A stretch of DNA of 64,000 bases from Plasmodiophora brassicae (GCA_036867785.1 CP145411.1:186001-250000); one strand, 5' to 3'. Counted from the first letter of the stretch, positions 1-14,589 are shown. A program made the numbers and translations. Notes: generated from the letters alone by a model not told the origin.

Positions 1-3000
1 GGATCTTCTGGTGGTAGTCAGGCACTTCCGATTTCTTGACGTTGAACCGGAACAGGATCGAATCTGGGTTCGCCCAGAGCGTCTCGATGATCGCCCCCAA
101 ACGGGCCCATAGCGCCTGAAGCTCATGGTATTCAACAAGGTGTCGTTCGGTCTCCTCGACAGCGGCACGGTTATTCTCCAGGTCGCGTTTGGCCGCATCG
201 ACAACGATCTTGGCGTGAAGTGTCAGAAAGTTCTCAGGGCCGTTGTACGCGACCGAGTTGGACTCGATCAGCTCGAGGTCCGCCACGAAATCGGCACGTG
301 ACGTGTACGCACACTCCCGAACCTTCTTCTTCATCAGGTCAATGTACATGGGCTTCTTGACGATGGTTGAATAGTTCGGCGCAATGTCGTCGGTGACCGG
401 CTTCGAGAACGTTGCAACCCCAATCACATCGCTTGTCGCATCGAGGGCGCTGTTGAAAAACGAATTCAGCGTGATCTGCGGGTCGCCGCGCCTTCGGAAC
501 GACGCTCTCCTCTTTAGGCAGCGCTGTTTTCATCGATTAGACGAGATGTTCGGAGAATCATATCTGTCCAGTACCTCTGCTTCTCCGTCAGCCACAACAG
601 CTATGCTGCGTTCGCGATCGCGCTTTCGCTTCTTCTTTGTCGAAGGGGCACTGGCTGCCTTGGCCGCCGCGGGAGGGTGCGCCTTTGGCGTTGGCTGATG
701 CGGTTCGCCGTCAGCTCGTCGATGTTCGGTGCCTTTCTCGCCATGAGCATGACGTTGCGGCGTAGGAACTTTCGTCAGACTGAGCGTTACGCGCGATTCG
801 GCATCCGTCACTTTCAGAACAAGATTGTCTGCGCCCAGATCTCGTTAGTGAACGTGACAGGAATCACTGCACGGAAACGCTCACCAGGATGATTGGGACA
901 CTTGCGGTTCGACTTCGTGTGCCCGAACTGGCGGCAGGAACTGCATTTCACCATGGGCTTGCCATTGGGACCCAGGACAGGTGTGCGAGGAGGACGCGGT
1001 CGAGAAGGTCGAGGAGCACGCGGTTTCGCTCCAGCCCTCGCCTCCTTCATCCGGCGGCTCGCGGACCGCGCCCCAGACGTCGTTCCAGGCAACAATCTGA
1101 CATCCACATTGGAATGGCCATTACCAAACGCTAACACCAGCAATACCTCTTCCTCGATCTGCCAGACTTCATGTCATCCCGTTTGGTTCGGAAGATTCGA
1201 GATTTCGCGGACTCGCCCGCTTTGCCGACAGGCATGGGGGTCGTCGAGCCATCGGCAACAGGGGGCGTGCCGGTCGCGGCGTTGAACGCTGCCGCAGACG
1301 ACGAAAGTGCATCCTCAAGCGCCTTCAACCGGGAACCGTTATCGACCTTGTCCGCTACTACACGGTAAGCAATCGGGCAGCGGGACACGGCAGATGCACA
1401 GCATACCAAGATACGCTTCAACCCATGCAGGATCGTCAATGATGGTGACGCGCTCATGTTCCGTTCCATCGAGGTCGCGCGTAACTTCCCGACGCCGAAT
1501 CCGCCTTCGGATGGTTTTCGGTTTTGTAGAAGGCACTCCTGGGGCAGGTCCTTGGGTCGGGGCAGCAACCACAACCTTGCCTTCGTCAACGTCCATGGCC
1601 TGGACGTCAGTGGCAGGCGGCGGAGGCTGAGAAGCGGCCGCAGCCTTGGACGACTGCTCACGCATGAACTTATCGTATTCTGCCTGTTCTTGATCCGCCG
1701 TCGCAGGCGCCGAAGCCGCGCGATCATCCAGCATGTCCTCGAGATCAGCGGCGAGCTCATCGGCTTCGTCTTCGCTTGACCTGTCGTCCAGCGAAGGCGG
1801 AACCGAACAACGAAGGACTTCACATTGGCGATCAAATATCTTCTGCGCTTCCTTCAAGAACCGTTGATGTTGCACACGGTTCGTGTTCCGTTGCTGTCGC
1901 GCGAATCGACCGAATTGTGTCACCTCGCCGTTCAGCGTTGCGTCAGACGACAGCTGGCGAAGAAGAGCAACCCGTTTCCATCTCGCCAGCGATTTCACTT
2001 CCTGCTCAGAGATACCAAAGAAGACGAGGGCGTCAAACAGCTCCTGCATGTTCAGCTTCCGCAAGTCCTTATCAGTACCGGTAAGCGCTTTCGCTGGGGC
2101 AATCTTCGGGGCCGTTGGGTCGGCTTCGAAACGGTGAGGGGCTTTGATGTACGAGAACCCGGCACCGTGACCGAGAGGGTTCCCGGGACCCTGCAACTTC
2201 AGCAAGCATCGACCCTGAACAGCGCTCACGAAATTGGACGTCAGGTTCCATGGCGTCAGCTGCAACTCCTCCTCAATGTACTCCAATTGGCGCTTGAGAA
2301 GGCCCGGTTGCAGTTTGCTGATGATCGTCGACAGCTGTGGAGTCCAAACGAGAAGCTCTTCGATCCCAAGCATTTCCAATCGGTGCTGTCCAGCGCGCAT
2401 GCTTGCGAATTCACACATGTTCTCCGGCGTGACCATCTCCCGAATCGCTGATTCAGACGGCAGTTTGGCGCGCTCCTGGTTCAGGACCCAGCAACCTGAC
2501 TCGTGTCCACCACGCTGGAAGTCGGCAACCTCCTTCAGCTTGGCTCGGATCGCGGTCTCGGATTGAGTGGGGAACGCGTCGAACACATCGGCAATGAGCA
2601 GCTTGGGGTTCTGCCTCAGAAGCCGATAGATGAACACGGAGAGCATGTCTTTGAGAGCAGCATTGGCATCACGCGCGTTCGGTGTTTTGACCTGGACTTT
2701 GGGCTGAATCTGCCCAACTGTGTAGAGCGCCGGGACCTCACGGATGACCCAATTGGCCCGTTTAGGAGAGCGAGACAAAAGAAAATCGGTGGGGGAGATC
2801 GCGTGCTGGAACACGGGAGCAGCGAACATGTTGTTGTTCATGCTCATTACCGACGACCCTTGACGCACATCCGCAATGAAGGGCGACTCGTCATCCTTCT
2901 CCGGAGACAGCACCTTGACCATACCATCAGCGACAACGGGCTGCGTCTGGTCATTGGAGTGCTTCTGCCGGTAATAGGTGACAAGCTCGCTCGCCATGCC

Positions 3001-4464
3001 GACATTCGCAATCAGCGGAGGGTGCTCTTCGACGAACTCAGCCAAAATCACTCGGCCGTCACGTGCGCTCACTTCGCTTTCCTTCTTTGGGACGTACTTG
3101 CGAGCGCTCGCAGAGTCCACAATCCGAGGCTTGTCGGTGTACCTGGGAGAGATAAACGCAGCATCAAGCCGAGCGCGAGGTCGGTGAAACCATCGTAGTT
3201 CGTCCTCGGTGAAGTACGACTTGTACACGGGGCGTGCCAGATCTTGTGCAAATAGGGCATGCTGAACGGCGGCGCGACCGACGACAGTGCGTTCTTCAAC
3301 GCCGGCATTTGCATACAATTCCGAGTCGTCCAAAGACAGGTTGAACCGTGTGGCGAGGTCCACGTCATCGCTACGTTGCGATTCGGCAGCGACCGCAGTC
3401 TCCCCTTCTGCAAAGATCATGTTCGGGTCGTTCTCGTTCAGTAGCAAAGCCGTCATCATCGGTCGGTGCTGCTTCGCCTGCGTCTCATCCCAAACGACGG
3501 TCGACAGCCAGTCCATCGAATCGAAATCCGGATTCACCGACGATAAAGGAGGCATTAGCGGCGGCAGCTCAGCGGCATGCACAGAGGCAGATGGCGCCGA
3601 TGTGCCTTCCCAGAACTTTGACCGTGGCAAATCGGCATCAGGCAGAGCGGAGACGACCGCTCGCTCATCAGCAAAAACCGTCCTAGACGGTTTACGGCGC
3701 CTCAAATCGACCTTGATCGATATACGCTCATGCCGCTCAGGCAGTGGGTCAGCGGGATCAGCACCGAAAGCGGCATTGAATTCGGCGTCAAGACCCGCTT
3801 CAATGTCGGGAACGTGGGCAGGTGCAACTGGTGGCGGCGATGACAGTGACTGCACAGAGGACACCGGTGATGAAGGTTGATCACGTCCATCCGACCATCT
3901 GATACCCTGCTCCCATTCAAGCTGCTCGACAAGGGCAAAGGCGGAGTCGTCGAGCCTAACGGTAAGGTCAATGCCGACTAGTTCCCCTGGCGCTTCCTTC
4001 ATCGGCATGGCGAACGGAGCTTCTTCAGCACTGGTTGCCAAACCAGTGTCATCAGACGATGTTCCTGACGCCGGTCCGGAAAGGAATGTCGATTCATCTT
4101 CGATGATTTGGCGTTCGATCGCTTGAGGGATGCTCAACTTCGGGAATCTATATCGCCGAGTGGTTGCCTCCGGAAGCAGGTTCGCCGTTGTAAAGTACAT
4201 GGTCGAAAATTTGAGGATATCAGAGCCGTCTTCGTCCTTCCGTAGAACGGGAGGCATTGGGACATGCACAGTCGGTGGCGGCGGTAGGTCGACGATGGGA
4301 AATTGGATCGCGTTGACGGCGGGCGCAGACGGCTTCTTCGATTCCGGCCGCCTGGCAACCTGCAGTCCGTTGTCCGCGGCATCATCGGCATCAAAATCTT
4401 CGCTCTCGTCCGATTCGTGATGTAAGGCGCGATACGCCATCTCGCGATCGTCGATGTAGGCCAT
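1..4464 (-). CDS. TAF1: Transcription initiation factor TFIID subunit 1 (multi-exon; 3' end runs off the window)
   Basis: ORF 1339-4464 carries TAF1 central-domain motifs (EFVEEHPPLIANVGM, TDFLL, VTPENMC, LTPWNLTSNF, LTGTDKDLRKL). GTATGC donor at 1406. Downstream exons encode the zinc knuckle CSSCRQFGHTKSNRKCP (~890-950), a bromodomain (FSKPV..APNYSTIVKKPM..NSVAYNG, ~240-420) and the start of a second bromodomain (~1-100). Confidence 0.93.
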
Positions 4465-4903
4465 GGCGAGAGGCTACACAACTGCCCGCACGAGGCCGGT
4501 CGGCAAAAAGTCCGTGACCGCCGTGCGGCCTCCACCCTTGATATTGTACCTACATATACGGGCTGGGCGCACTCCTCGATCGACATCCTGTGTGCGACTG
4601 GCTCGCCAGGCATGTGCCACTTGCTGTCATTCGTAAAAGGGCCAGAAGTATATTGAATAGTTAACGAGAATAGGACATTGCGGAATACAGTATTGTCAGG
4701 CGCGCGCAGGTCAAATTGGGATAGCGCGGCGTCCTGCGTCCTTCTGCGTAGCAGCAGTATCTGGAAATACAAACGGGAGGACGAACCGCACCAGAGAGGC
4801 ATAGTAGCAGAACAGGTCGGATCCTGTGCACTTCCTGTTGATGACACCGGTACCGTCAGCTCATCTGCGTCTGCGGAAGCGGTTGACACCCGAAAATGAC
4901 ACT

Positions 4904-6507
4904 TTACTCATAGAGGCGGACGTAATCGGCCCCACTCTGGCGGTCCGATCGACGGTAGTGATTCCAGATGCAGAAAGAAATGGAAACGACAGTGACCAGA
5001 CCTAGCACAGATCCCAGAATTACCGGGATCCAGCTGTAGTGAACACTAACGGGAGCGAATCCAACGCGTCGACGGCCGACATCGTAGACGGAATAGTAGC
5101 GAATTGCCCAAACGTCGCCAATCAGCCTGCGTACGAGATAAGCAGATGTCCAAGATCCTGTAGAGCGCCCAAGTACCAAATGCGGTAGGGCGCCGGCATG
5201 AGGAACATCCCCAGGGCGCAGCGGTACTGATTCGACAGAGGATCCCAGCGACGGTCAATGACATAGTCTGCCGGCGACAAAGGAAGCATCGTCCCAGCAA
5301 CCTGTCCGGCAAATATGAACCAGTGTGCACAAACCACCGAGATGGATAATACGTCGTACCGATATCTGGAAATCCGGAAGGCTTGCCAGGGACGGGCACG
5401 CAACAGAGACGACGCCTCCTCGCTGTGCATCGTTTGGATTGATGCCCGAGAAGATAGATGAGAGGTACTTGTCATTCTCAGCAAACGGAATCCCGATCCT
5501 GAACCCATGAACGATTAGCAGGAGAACCTTTGAACGCGTTCGAAAAGCTTACAAACTTGTGCCGGTATCAACCACGACCGGTGCCGATGCCCCCTGAAAC
5601 ATGAGTCCCGCGAAACCGATCGAGTCGACGGATATCGTCCACGTTCCGCCTAGCTGCGCGCTGAGGATCGGATCGACCGGCGCATAGACTGCGAGAGGTC
5701 AGGAGCAGACGAACAAACATCACCTAGGCAAGAACGCGTACCGATTGGGCCAGTGTAGTGACTTGGGTCAATGCCGCCAAGGACGAGCTCTCCCGTGGCC
5801 GTTCCAGATCGGCTTTGCAGGTAAAACGAGAAAACGTTATCCGGCAACAGGCCCTGATCCCAGAACTGCTGAAACAGTGGCCGCGTGTTCGACGTCGTCG
5901 CGCCAAGGCCCATGCCAACGATCCCGTCGAAGAACGTGCCATCGTTCTGCGCCTCGCTTGTCACCTCGCCAAACGTAACCTTCTGCAAGTGAAGCCCACA
6001 CCACGTGACCGCATCCTTGGACAGGTATCCACTCGACCTAAGCAGAAAGATCAAATGCTGCCCGGTGATGGTAAACATTGTCGTGCACTGACTGGCCCTT
6101 CAGATAGTTAATATGGAACGGTGTGCCGTCAGGAACATATGTGGAGCTCTGTTTAGAGTCGTACGAGTGCTGTGAACCGCACGTCGAGCATCGAGACGAC
6201 GGTATCCAGAAATCGCAACTGCCCGTATCAAACAGGACGTTGAACGGACGCGGCGGCGACCCTATCATGACCACGCCATAGTATTGCACCTTGTCGCAAT
6301 TGAGAGGCCAGTAACACCGAAGACGGCGTCGGTGCTTACATTGCCGACGTCAATCAATGGTTGAGATGACATGGTTAGCCAGCGACACTGTAATCCAGTT
6401 GGCACGCCAGTGCGCCTGGTGAACGGAACCCGAACGAGATCGCCATTGCTCTTGACGTCTGCGCTTGCAATAGCAACCACCACGAGGAGCGACAAGCCGT
6501 ACTTCAT
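4904..6507 (-). CDS. Pepsin-family (A1) aspartic protease with signal peptide and C-terminal TM helix (multi-exon)
   Basis: N-terminus MKYGLSLLVVVAIASA; QYYG..FDTGS; FDGIVGMG; second catalytic VVDTGTS at ~5560-5580; LIGDVWAIRYYSVYD followed by the hydrophobic WIPVILGSVLGLVTVVSISFCIW. Confidence 0.9.
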
Positions 6508-6817
6508 CGCTTGGCTTTCCGTCAATGTGGAATGAGGGGGCAACGACGGCCCTTTCCCGTCGTCAACTTGCTGAGTTACTCAGTCGCACGTTACCCCCTC
6601 CCCCCTCACCTGCCAACGATTCAGGTCGCAGGAAACGGCAGACCGAAGGCCGCACCGCGCGAGGCCAGATCCCTCGTCGTCCTCCAATTCGACTGCAGGC
6701 ACTGTCATCTTCTCCAAAACGGTGACGCAACCTCCAGTCACGAAAGGTGCACGGAGTTTTGCGTTCGGATTCGCCGTCGGACACGTCGTGTCGTGATGGA
6801 CTGAAGATCGACTACCG

Positions 6818-7338
6818 ATGGATCGGAAGGAGCCGTTCGATCCATGGCGTCGTGCCGGTGAGATCGTCGTGCTGCAGTCTGCGTTCTACCTGTTCGTTGG
6901 CGTTGTGCTGTCGATGCTGTGCGCCATATGGGGCCTGCCGTTGTCGCTTCGACTCGTATTCGCGCCCGATGCAATCGACTTCACCTATGCGTCCGGGTAC
7001 ACGCCTGCGATTTCTTTTGTGCTCGCTGTTGGGCCGACCGCGCTCGTTCTGTACCATATTGCAGATAGGGCCAAGGTATGCGATGGTGGGCAATTCCTGT
7101 TGGAACGTGTCGTTTGACGATGCATTAGATGTGCCTCGATTTCGCAGCTACCGTGTATGTGTTCCATCTTGTATTCTGCACGTTTTATTCAGGAACTTTC
7201 CGTAATTCGGTCTCCTGGTGGCTTCTGAACGTAACCTGCCTGGGGCTTCTGGCTCTGTCCAGCGAGTTCCTGTGTGTACGACGCGAGATCCAGGCCGCCA
7301 ACTACGCTCTCCCGACAGTCTCCACTAGAGGCCGATGA
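6818..7338 (+). CDS. SYS1: SYS1 Golgi integral membrane trafficking protein (2 exons; intron ~7076-7128)
   Basis: FDPW..IVVLQSAFYL, RAK|MCLDFAATV..FHL, SWWLLN and EFLCVRREI match SYS1 family motifs; GTATGC...TAG intron joins the two ORFs in frame. Confidence 0.85.
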
Positions 7339-7688
7339 AGGCCACCCAGTTCATTGTCCAGTTAATATGATACTTCATTAATCAGAACTGACAACTTCGA
7401 ATGTCTGCTTGCGTGGCATTGCCTGCATGACTAGTAGTACTCGATGGCGTTGGTCTCTTCCGCGGCAGTCTTACACTGTCGCATTGTACGGGCAGGGCCC
7501 AATCGAAATTCATAGTGCAGCAGGTCCTACTGTACAATGCGCCTAGGGTGAAGCAGTACCGCTGCTGCGATCCTGTTCCTGCCGATAGGCGTCCTTGTGA
7601 TAACCGCTGTCGCCGACACGATTACAGGAATGCCACACGTGTAAGGCCCACAGAGACCAGTTCAAGCACGCGTCCCCATACAAGTCTG

Positions 7689-7740
7689 GGGTTTGCATGT
7701 ACTTCGTCAGGAATTGGGTTTGCATGTACTTCGTCAGGAA
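7689..7740. repeat. Tandem duplication, 27-bp period, 2 copies
   Basis: gggtttgcatgtacttcgtcaggaa occurs at 7689 and 7716 in intergenic DNA. Confidence 0.85.
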
Positions 7741-8697
7741 CTACAGGTACCCCAAAGCGCACACACAGTCTGATCACGTTGAAGAGTGGTGGTAGGCGTG
7801 CGCCGTGTCTGCGTTTAATGTTAGATGGCCGGTATAGGTCACTGTTATCGCACGACGCTGCCATCACAATCGCATGGAGCCGCCTCGCAACTGCAGGACC
7901 ATATGGACAATCGAGCCCGCTGCCAGATACCAGTTAGGCCAGGGATCCAGGCACAACGGACACTGGGGAGCTACGTACGAGTAACTTTTCGATCTTTGAG
8001 CTTCTCGCTGTCATTCCTGTGCATGTGTTAAAATGCGACCGGGACGAAACAGTAGTGAAAGATGACGGTACGCACAGTTGTTTACCGCTAAAGATTAGTC
8101 TGAAAGCCCCCAAGTCAAATAATGGACCGATTATGTGTAATACGTTCCGTACCGAATCTGGTCCACTTGAATGCCCTGAATGGCTTCCAGCTGCTGCTTC
8201 AGCTGTAGGACGGTCGCATCTTCATCAATGCTGATCTGGACCTTCGACCCGATCAGCGTCTACGAACCACATTCAGCGTTCGCCAGGCGACAGGCATGGT
8301 GCACGCGTCGTCCGCATACCTTCACGTGGATCTGCATGACGACTTATCGACAGCCACCGCTCACCCCAATCTACGGACTCCGGTGCAGGCACTGGTGTCG
8401 GCCAACCTCAAAGCCCTGCCGGTCGGATGCGATTCCTTTTAGCGACAAGTCAGTGCAACCTGATGTGAGTCATATTTATTTTAATCGCCTCACATGGACT
8501 GCTTGAAGCCGAGTACCTCATAATAAGTAAACAGGAGGTGCTCAGGCGGATTTACGCGCAGCAAGCCAACACAGCGTACCCCACGATAGGCACGGCGAAC
8601 CCCCCAAACGCCGTCACGGAGTCTGCGCACACCGCCACGGAGTCCGCGGCTGGCTGACAAACTCACAGCCACTGTCACTGACGCTGACGGCAACAGC

Positions 8698-11600
8698 ATG
8701 ACGAAGGTGACGGCGTCAGTGCCGATGGAAACCGGCACCGATGATTGCTTCCCGCGAGGTGCTGTTGACACAGCAAAGCGAAAAAGAGAAATCCCGGATC
8801 AGGCGGTTGCTGATAACCTGTTTGGTGGCGAGAGCGCTCGCCGTCCCAAGACCCAGCCGCGTGAGAAGAAGCGTTATCGTGTCGTATCAGAATCGGAACC
8901 GAAGACCCCAACGACTCCTCGTGAAGAGACGCGGGCTCAGACGCTATTATTCGGCAAGCTCGTTGTCGGCCAGCGTCTGTTAGGCGCTATCCAGCAGGTT
9001 CGCGACCTTGACGTTGTGATCGGTCTGCCTTCCGGTCTTACCGGCGTAATGCCAATCCGTGAAGTCTCGGACGTCATGTGCGCACGTGTTGACGCCTTCG
9101 TAAACGCCGATGAGGATGAGGATGTCAACGATGCTCTCCCTGAACTGGGAGACATCTTCTCCGTCGGGCAACTTGTGCAATGCGTTGTTACAAATCTGGA
9201 CACATCTGCGAAGCGCATCGAACTGTCGCTGCGTGCATCGCTCGTCAACCGTGGCATCGCTGCCGACGCCCTCCACCCTGGCATGCTGTTGGCGGCTTCG
9301 GTGCAAAGCGTCGAAGCGCACGGATACGTCGTCAACCTGTCCTTGTCCTCGCCACGTAACTCGTTCCTTCGCAAGAAGGACGTCACAGTCGAGCGAGACC
9401 TTATCGTTGGCGAACCCGTCGCCGTTGTTGTCGACAACGTCAGCGATGCTGTCGTCCGTGTCACGATGAAATCAGTTCCATCAGCACGCGCACGTTCTTC
9501 ATTCAGTCTCGCACTAGGCTCGTTGCTGCCCGGTCTGCTTGTAAAAGCCACCGTCCGCGCCATCTTGCCTGACGGCGTTCTATTCGGATTCCTGGGTGCT
9601 TTCACTGGCACTGCCGACCGCTTCCACCTGACACAAGCCCCCGAGTCGTACACTGTCGGCGCGCAATGCAATGCTCGCATCCTGTTTGTTGATGGGCAGC
9701 GTCGCGTTGCCGTATTGTCGCTGCGTTCCGAGATCGTGTCGTGGTCTCCGATGCCAGACCCGCCACTGGCGTCATCTGCGTTCGCCGACGCGACCGTTTC
9801 CGGATTCGATACGCTTCGTGGTCTGCTCCTGGACATCAACGGGCACGCCGCCTTTGCGCACATCTCTCATTGCTCGGACAAGCGCATCTCCAAGCTCGAC
9901 AAACAGTTCTCCATTGGACAGGTATCTGTATGCTTAACGTGTCCTGCGTTCTGTGTCTAACATCGGCGCGTGCTCCAGGTCGTCAAGTGCCGAGTTCTGG
10001 GCTACAAGCCCATCGACGGATGTTTGAGCGTTTCGTTGCGGCCGTCGATCCTGTCGGCAGCCGTCGTCCACTCGACCGACATTCGCCCGGGTATGATGCT
10101 GAATGGCTCCGTCGACGGCGTGGAAGCGTTCGGCCTGTTCGTGAAGTTGCCTGGCAACGTTCGCGGCCTGTGCCCGATGATGCACGTGTCGGATGTGAAG
10201 GTGTCGGCCAAGTCGCTCGCGCGTTACAAACCGGGCCAGGACCTGACGTTTCGCGTACTGAACGTCGACCCTTCCAACGGGCGGATCGTCCTGACGATGA
10301 AGAAGACGCTTGTGAAATCGTCGGACGCGATCGTCGCCTCGTGGTCGGATGTTTCGTCGGGCGCCATTGCGCATGGGTTCGTCAGCGCCGTCAAACCGAT
10401 CGGTGTCTTTGTCGAATTCTATGGCGGCGTCTATGGCTTGATCCCTGTGCATGATCTGCACGCTGCCGGATTTGACCCTGCAACGTCGTTCACGTGCGGG
10501 CAGGTCGTTCGCGTTCAGGTCGTTTCGGCCGACGCCGAGGCGAAGCGCCTGACGCTGACGCTGCGTATCGGGAACTGTGAGGCGACCGGCGCCCCGGCGA
10601 CTGCTCTCAGTTTCCACACCGCCGACGTGACAAAGATCGCTGATCGGGCAGTCCACATTCGGCTTCAGTCGTCAGGGCAACATGCGACGTTGTCGGTCGA
10701 GGTCAGACTGTTCCCTTGTGTCTCGCATCTGGGCTGATTCTGATCGATGATTGCGCACAGCACCTAACCGATCACCTCGATCAGGTTGACAAGATGGCAT
10801 CGCGGGTCAAAGTCGGCGACGTCATGGAGGTCCTGGTTCTGTCCACGTCGGGCAAATCGTTAACCGTTACGCGCAAGTCGTCGCTGATGGACGCCGCCCG
10901 GGCGAACACGTTGCCGTCCACAGTCGCTGACGTGTCTGAAGGGTTAACTCTCGTCGGGTACGTGCATGCTATCCAGCCGTTCGGCGTCTTTGTTGCATTC
11001 GGAGGCGGTCTGGTTGGCCTGTGCCCAACGTCCAGCGTCGCGGACGCGTTCGTCAAGGACCCCAACTCGGTCGTTTCTGTTGGTCAGTCTGTCATTGCTC
11101 ATGTCACCCAGATCGACGAAGCGCAAGTTCGGTTCACTGTTGCCCTGAAGCAGTCCATCTGCACGCCACCCGTCGAAGTTGGTGACGCGTACCTGCGATC
11201 GTACTTCACCGAGGGAACGTCGGAGACGTCCGATGACTGGACCGACCGGTTCGAGATCGGCAGCGTTGTTCGTGGCGCCGTTACCATCAAGAAAGACTTT
11301 GGCGCCGTGTTCTCTTTCGATGGCTTTGACGACGTCAAAGGATTCGCTGTGTCCCCAGATAACACGGACGGTAGGTTACGTCAGATGCTGCCCTCGTGGA
11401 CGGGTCTGAATTCGGATCAGGGGTCACGATCCAAGTCGGTTCGGAACTGAAAGGTATCGTCCTTGACGTCGATCCCGTGAAACGGATCGTAGACCTGAAC
11501 GTCCGGAAGGCGTCGGTTCGTCAGCGATCGAAGAAGGTTCAGGTTTCTAAGGCGATCGCCGAAGGGGCCGATGTTCGCGCTCGCGTTGAACTCTGCAAGG

Positions 11601-14473
11601 ACGACTACGTAGGGGCGACGTTACAACCCTTCACGGCACAATCATTGACTTGTATGCATCGTTCAGGTGATCGTTTCATTGCCTGACTATGGCCATGTAA
11701 TTGCGTTTGCGCCGACGCGCTTGTTCCAAGTGAAACTTGCCCGAGCTGAACTTCCGGCGCATGGCGCCGTTGTCAACTGTCGTGTCGTGGCCGCGTCGGC
11801 GCCTCGCGTTATTGTCGCTCTTGATCTGTCTGAGCTGGCAGCTGCGTCTCCGTCGTCATCGTCATGGGCAACCAAGGCACCGTCGGTCGGCGCGTCAGTT
11901 ACCGGTACCATCAGCGACATCACAGGCATCTTGGCACGCGTTAAGCTGGACGGGTTCAACAACGCGGCACGGGGCCGCCTCTGGATCGGGCACGTCACCA
12001 ACGATGAGAACGGTTCGCCGATGGCGTCATTAGCCGTCGGACAAACCATCAAAGGAATCGTTGCCGACGTTAACGGCAGCAAAGACGGCAAACGTACCGT
12101 CGACGTTCATGTCTCACTGGTGCCGTCCCCTTCTATCGTCACGTTATCGGATCTGTCGGTCGGCAAGACTGTCTCTGCGTTCGTGCAGCGTGTCCAACGG
12201 GACTTCATCTGGGTGTCATTGTCGCCCGAGCTGCGTGCTCGCGTTCCCAGTCTGCTGGCCTGTAACGATGCTGCCGCATGCTCTGATCTGGCGTCTCGCT
12301 TCAAAATCGGTCAGCGCGTTCAAGGTGAAGGCGGCGCCATATCTAACGACTCTGGCTCGTTATCTGACTGTTGTTCGGTTGTACAGCAACGGTTACGTCG
12401 GTGGATGCTGACCATTCGCGGCTGGACGTATCCCTTATTGGGCGGCTGGACGCCATTACGCCTGGCATGCAGGCCGTATGTCGCGTCATCCGTGTCGATC
12501 TGGGTGTTGGCCTGTTTGTTGAGATTCGTCCGCACGTCGTCGGTCGTATTCCGCTGTCTGAAATCGCGGACGAGTTCGTCAAGGATCCTCTGGCGTCGTA
12601 CACCGCCGGCCAGGTATGACCATTGCTAATTTCGGCAGTAAGATTGCTCTTCTGGCGCTGACCGCTCCTTCAGTTCCTGATGGCACGTGTCGTTTCCGTC
12701 AGCGACAATGACGGGCGATGCACACTGTCGCTGCGATCTGGGCAAACCGCAGAGGGGGCCGAATTTCCGTACATTGCATCGCCGAACGATCTATCCGTCG
12801 GGCAACGCGTCCAAGGCTACATCAAGGCGACCGGTATGGCACCTGTCTCGAACGTCGCGACTCGCCTTGTCTGACATGGTCATCCAGGTCCTAAGGGCAG
12901 TTTCGTCGACCTGAGCGCCAACGTCGTCGGGTACGTCCGTCTCTGCGACCTGTCCGACAAGTTCATTCCCGATGTGGCGTCTGAATTCGGTCGTGGCCGT
13001 CTGGTAACGGCGACGGTCACCTCTGTCGATGCGGCAACCGGCCGCGTGTGCTTGACCATGAAGACCGGCACGCGCTCGTCGGGACGCATTGAGAACGAGG
13101 CCGCTGCGCTGTCGGCGCTAACGCCTGGGACGATCGTAACGGGCGTCGTTAGCAATATCAAGGACTTCGGTGTCTTCATCAGGATCGACTCGGACGATGG
13201 CGTCCGACTATCCGGTCTGGCGCACGCCTCTGAGATCTTCGATGACGACGACGACTCGGTGGCCGTGTCGCAGCGTATCGCATCCCATTACCAGGTTGGT
13301 GACGCCGTTCGCGCGGTCGTCCTGCGCGTCGATACCGACAAGCGACGCGTTTCGCTGGCATTGAAGCATTCGCTGGTCTCCGCCGAGCCCGACGCTGAGG
13401 AAGCAGAGGAGAGTGATGATGAACCCGCTGACCCGATGCCTATCGACGAGGATGTCCAGGAGCTTCCCGTTTCGGAGGACGACGCCGCCGACGAGCATCC
13501 GAAGTCGGACGACGAAGAGGAGGAGGAGCAGGAGGAGGAAGACGAAGCCGTTGACGACGACGAAGGCGAGAAAGAGGCGACGGCGACGGCGAGACGATCT
13601 GTTCTTCAGCGCGCACGAGCGGACGAAATGCGCCTGGAAACGATCGAGAAGCGCAATGCAGACGAGACGCGTGCGCCCGACACCGCCCAGGACTTCGAGC
13701 GCCTGGTGATCGCCACGCCAAATGACTCGTTGGTCTGGTGCAGGTACATTGCGTTCCAGCTGCAACTCGGCGAAGTGGCCCAAGCCCGGCAGATCGGCGA
13801 ACGCGCCCTGTCCACGATCGCGTACCGGGAGGACAATGAGAAGCTGAACGTCTGGTTGGCACTTGTCGGCCTGGAAAGCATGTACGGGTCGGCCGAACAG
13901 GCAGACGCCGTCCTGCAACGCGCCATGCAGCACTGCGATCAGAAGAAGCTGCTGACGCGCGTGGCGTCCATGTTCGAGTCGAGCGGGAAGACGAGCGAAT
14001 GCGATGCGATTCATGCGCGCCTCATCAAGAAGATGCACCAGAGCCGGAACGTCTGGACGAACTACGCGTCGTTCAAGTTCCGGTCGGGTCTGCCTGACGC
14101 GGCACGTGCGCTGCTGTCTCGTGCGCTGAAAGCGCTACCGAAACGCAAGCACATTCGCGCGATAACGGCGTTCGCCCTAATGGAGTTCAAGATGGGGTCG
14201 CCGGAGCGCGGCAGGACGATCCTGGAGGGCGTGCTCAGCAACTACCCCAAGCGGGTGGACCTGTGGAACGTGTACCTGGACCAGGAGACTCGCCTGGGCG
14301 ACGCCAGCCTCTGCCGGCGCCTGTTCGAGCGCGTCATCCACCTGGACCTGTCCGTCAAGAAGATGAAGTTCTTCTTCAAGAAGTACCTGCAGTTCGAGCG
14401 CGACCGCGGCGACGACGCCAGCGTCGAGCACGTCAAGGAGGCCGCCCGGCAATTCGTCGCATCCAGAATGTAA
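8698..14473 (+). CDS. RRP5: rRNA biogenesis protein RRP5/PDCD11 (multiple S1 domains + C-terminal HAT/TPR repeats; multi-exon)
   Basis: N-terminal FPRG motif; repeated S1 domains (FGLFV, FGVFV, IELSLR); acidic linker; DFERLVIATPNDSLVW, EKLNVW, ERGRTILEGVLSNYPKRVDLWNVYLDQE and KMKFFFKKYLQFE. Confidence 0.96.
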
Positions 14474-14589
14474 TACAGGGACCCCGTCCCGTTCAACAGG
14501 TGCTGATCGGGTCAGCGTTGCACCCCACCATCGACTCAGCAGGTGGCCGCAGACGATCTTTTGCGGATAGTGGCCCATCGTCAGTCGAG

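Noticed and set aside
7400-8690. Short ORFs between SYS1 and RRP5
   Set aside because: No recognisable domains or consistent splice structure; treated as intergenic or decayed sequence.
14263-14589. N-terminal extension of the M28 ORF overlapping RRP5
   Set aside because: Alternative frame of the RRP5 3' end; the ATG at 14590 precedes the TM anchor.
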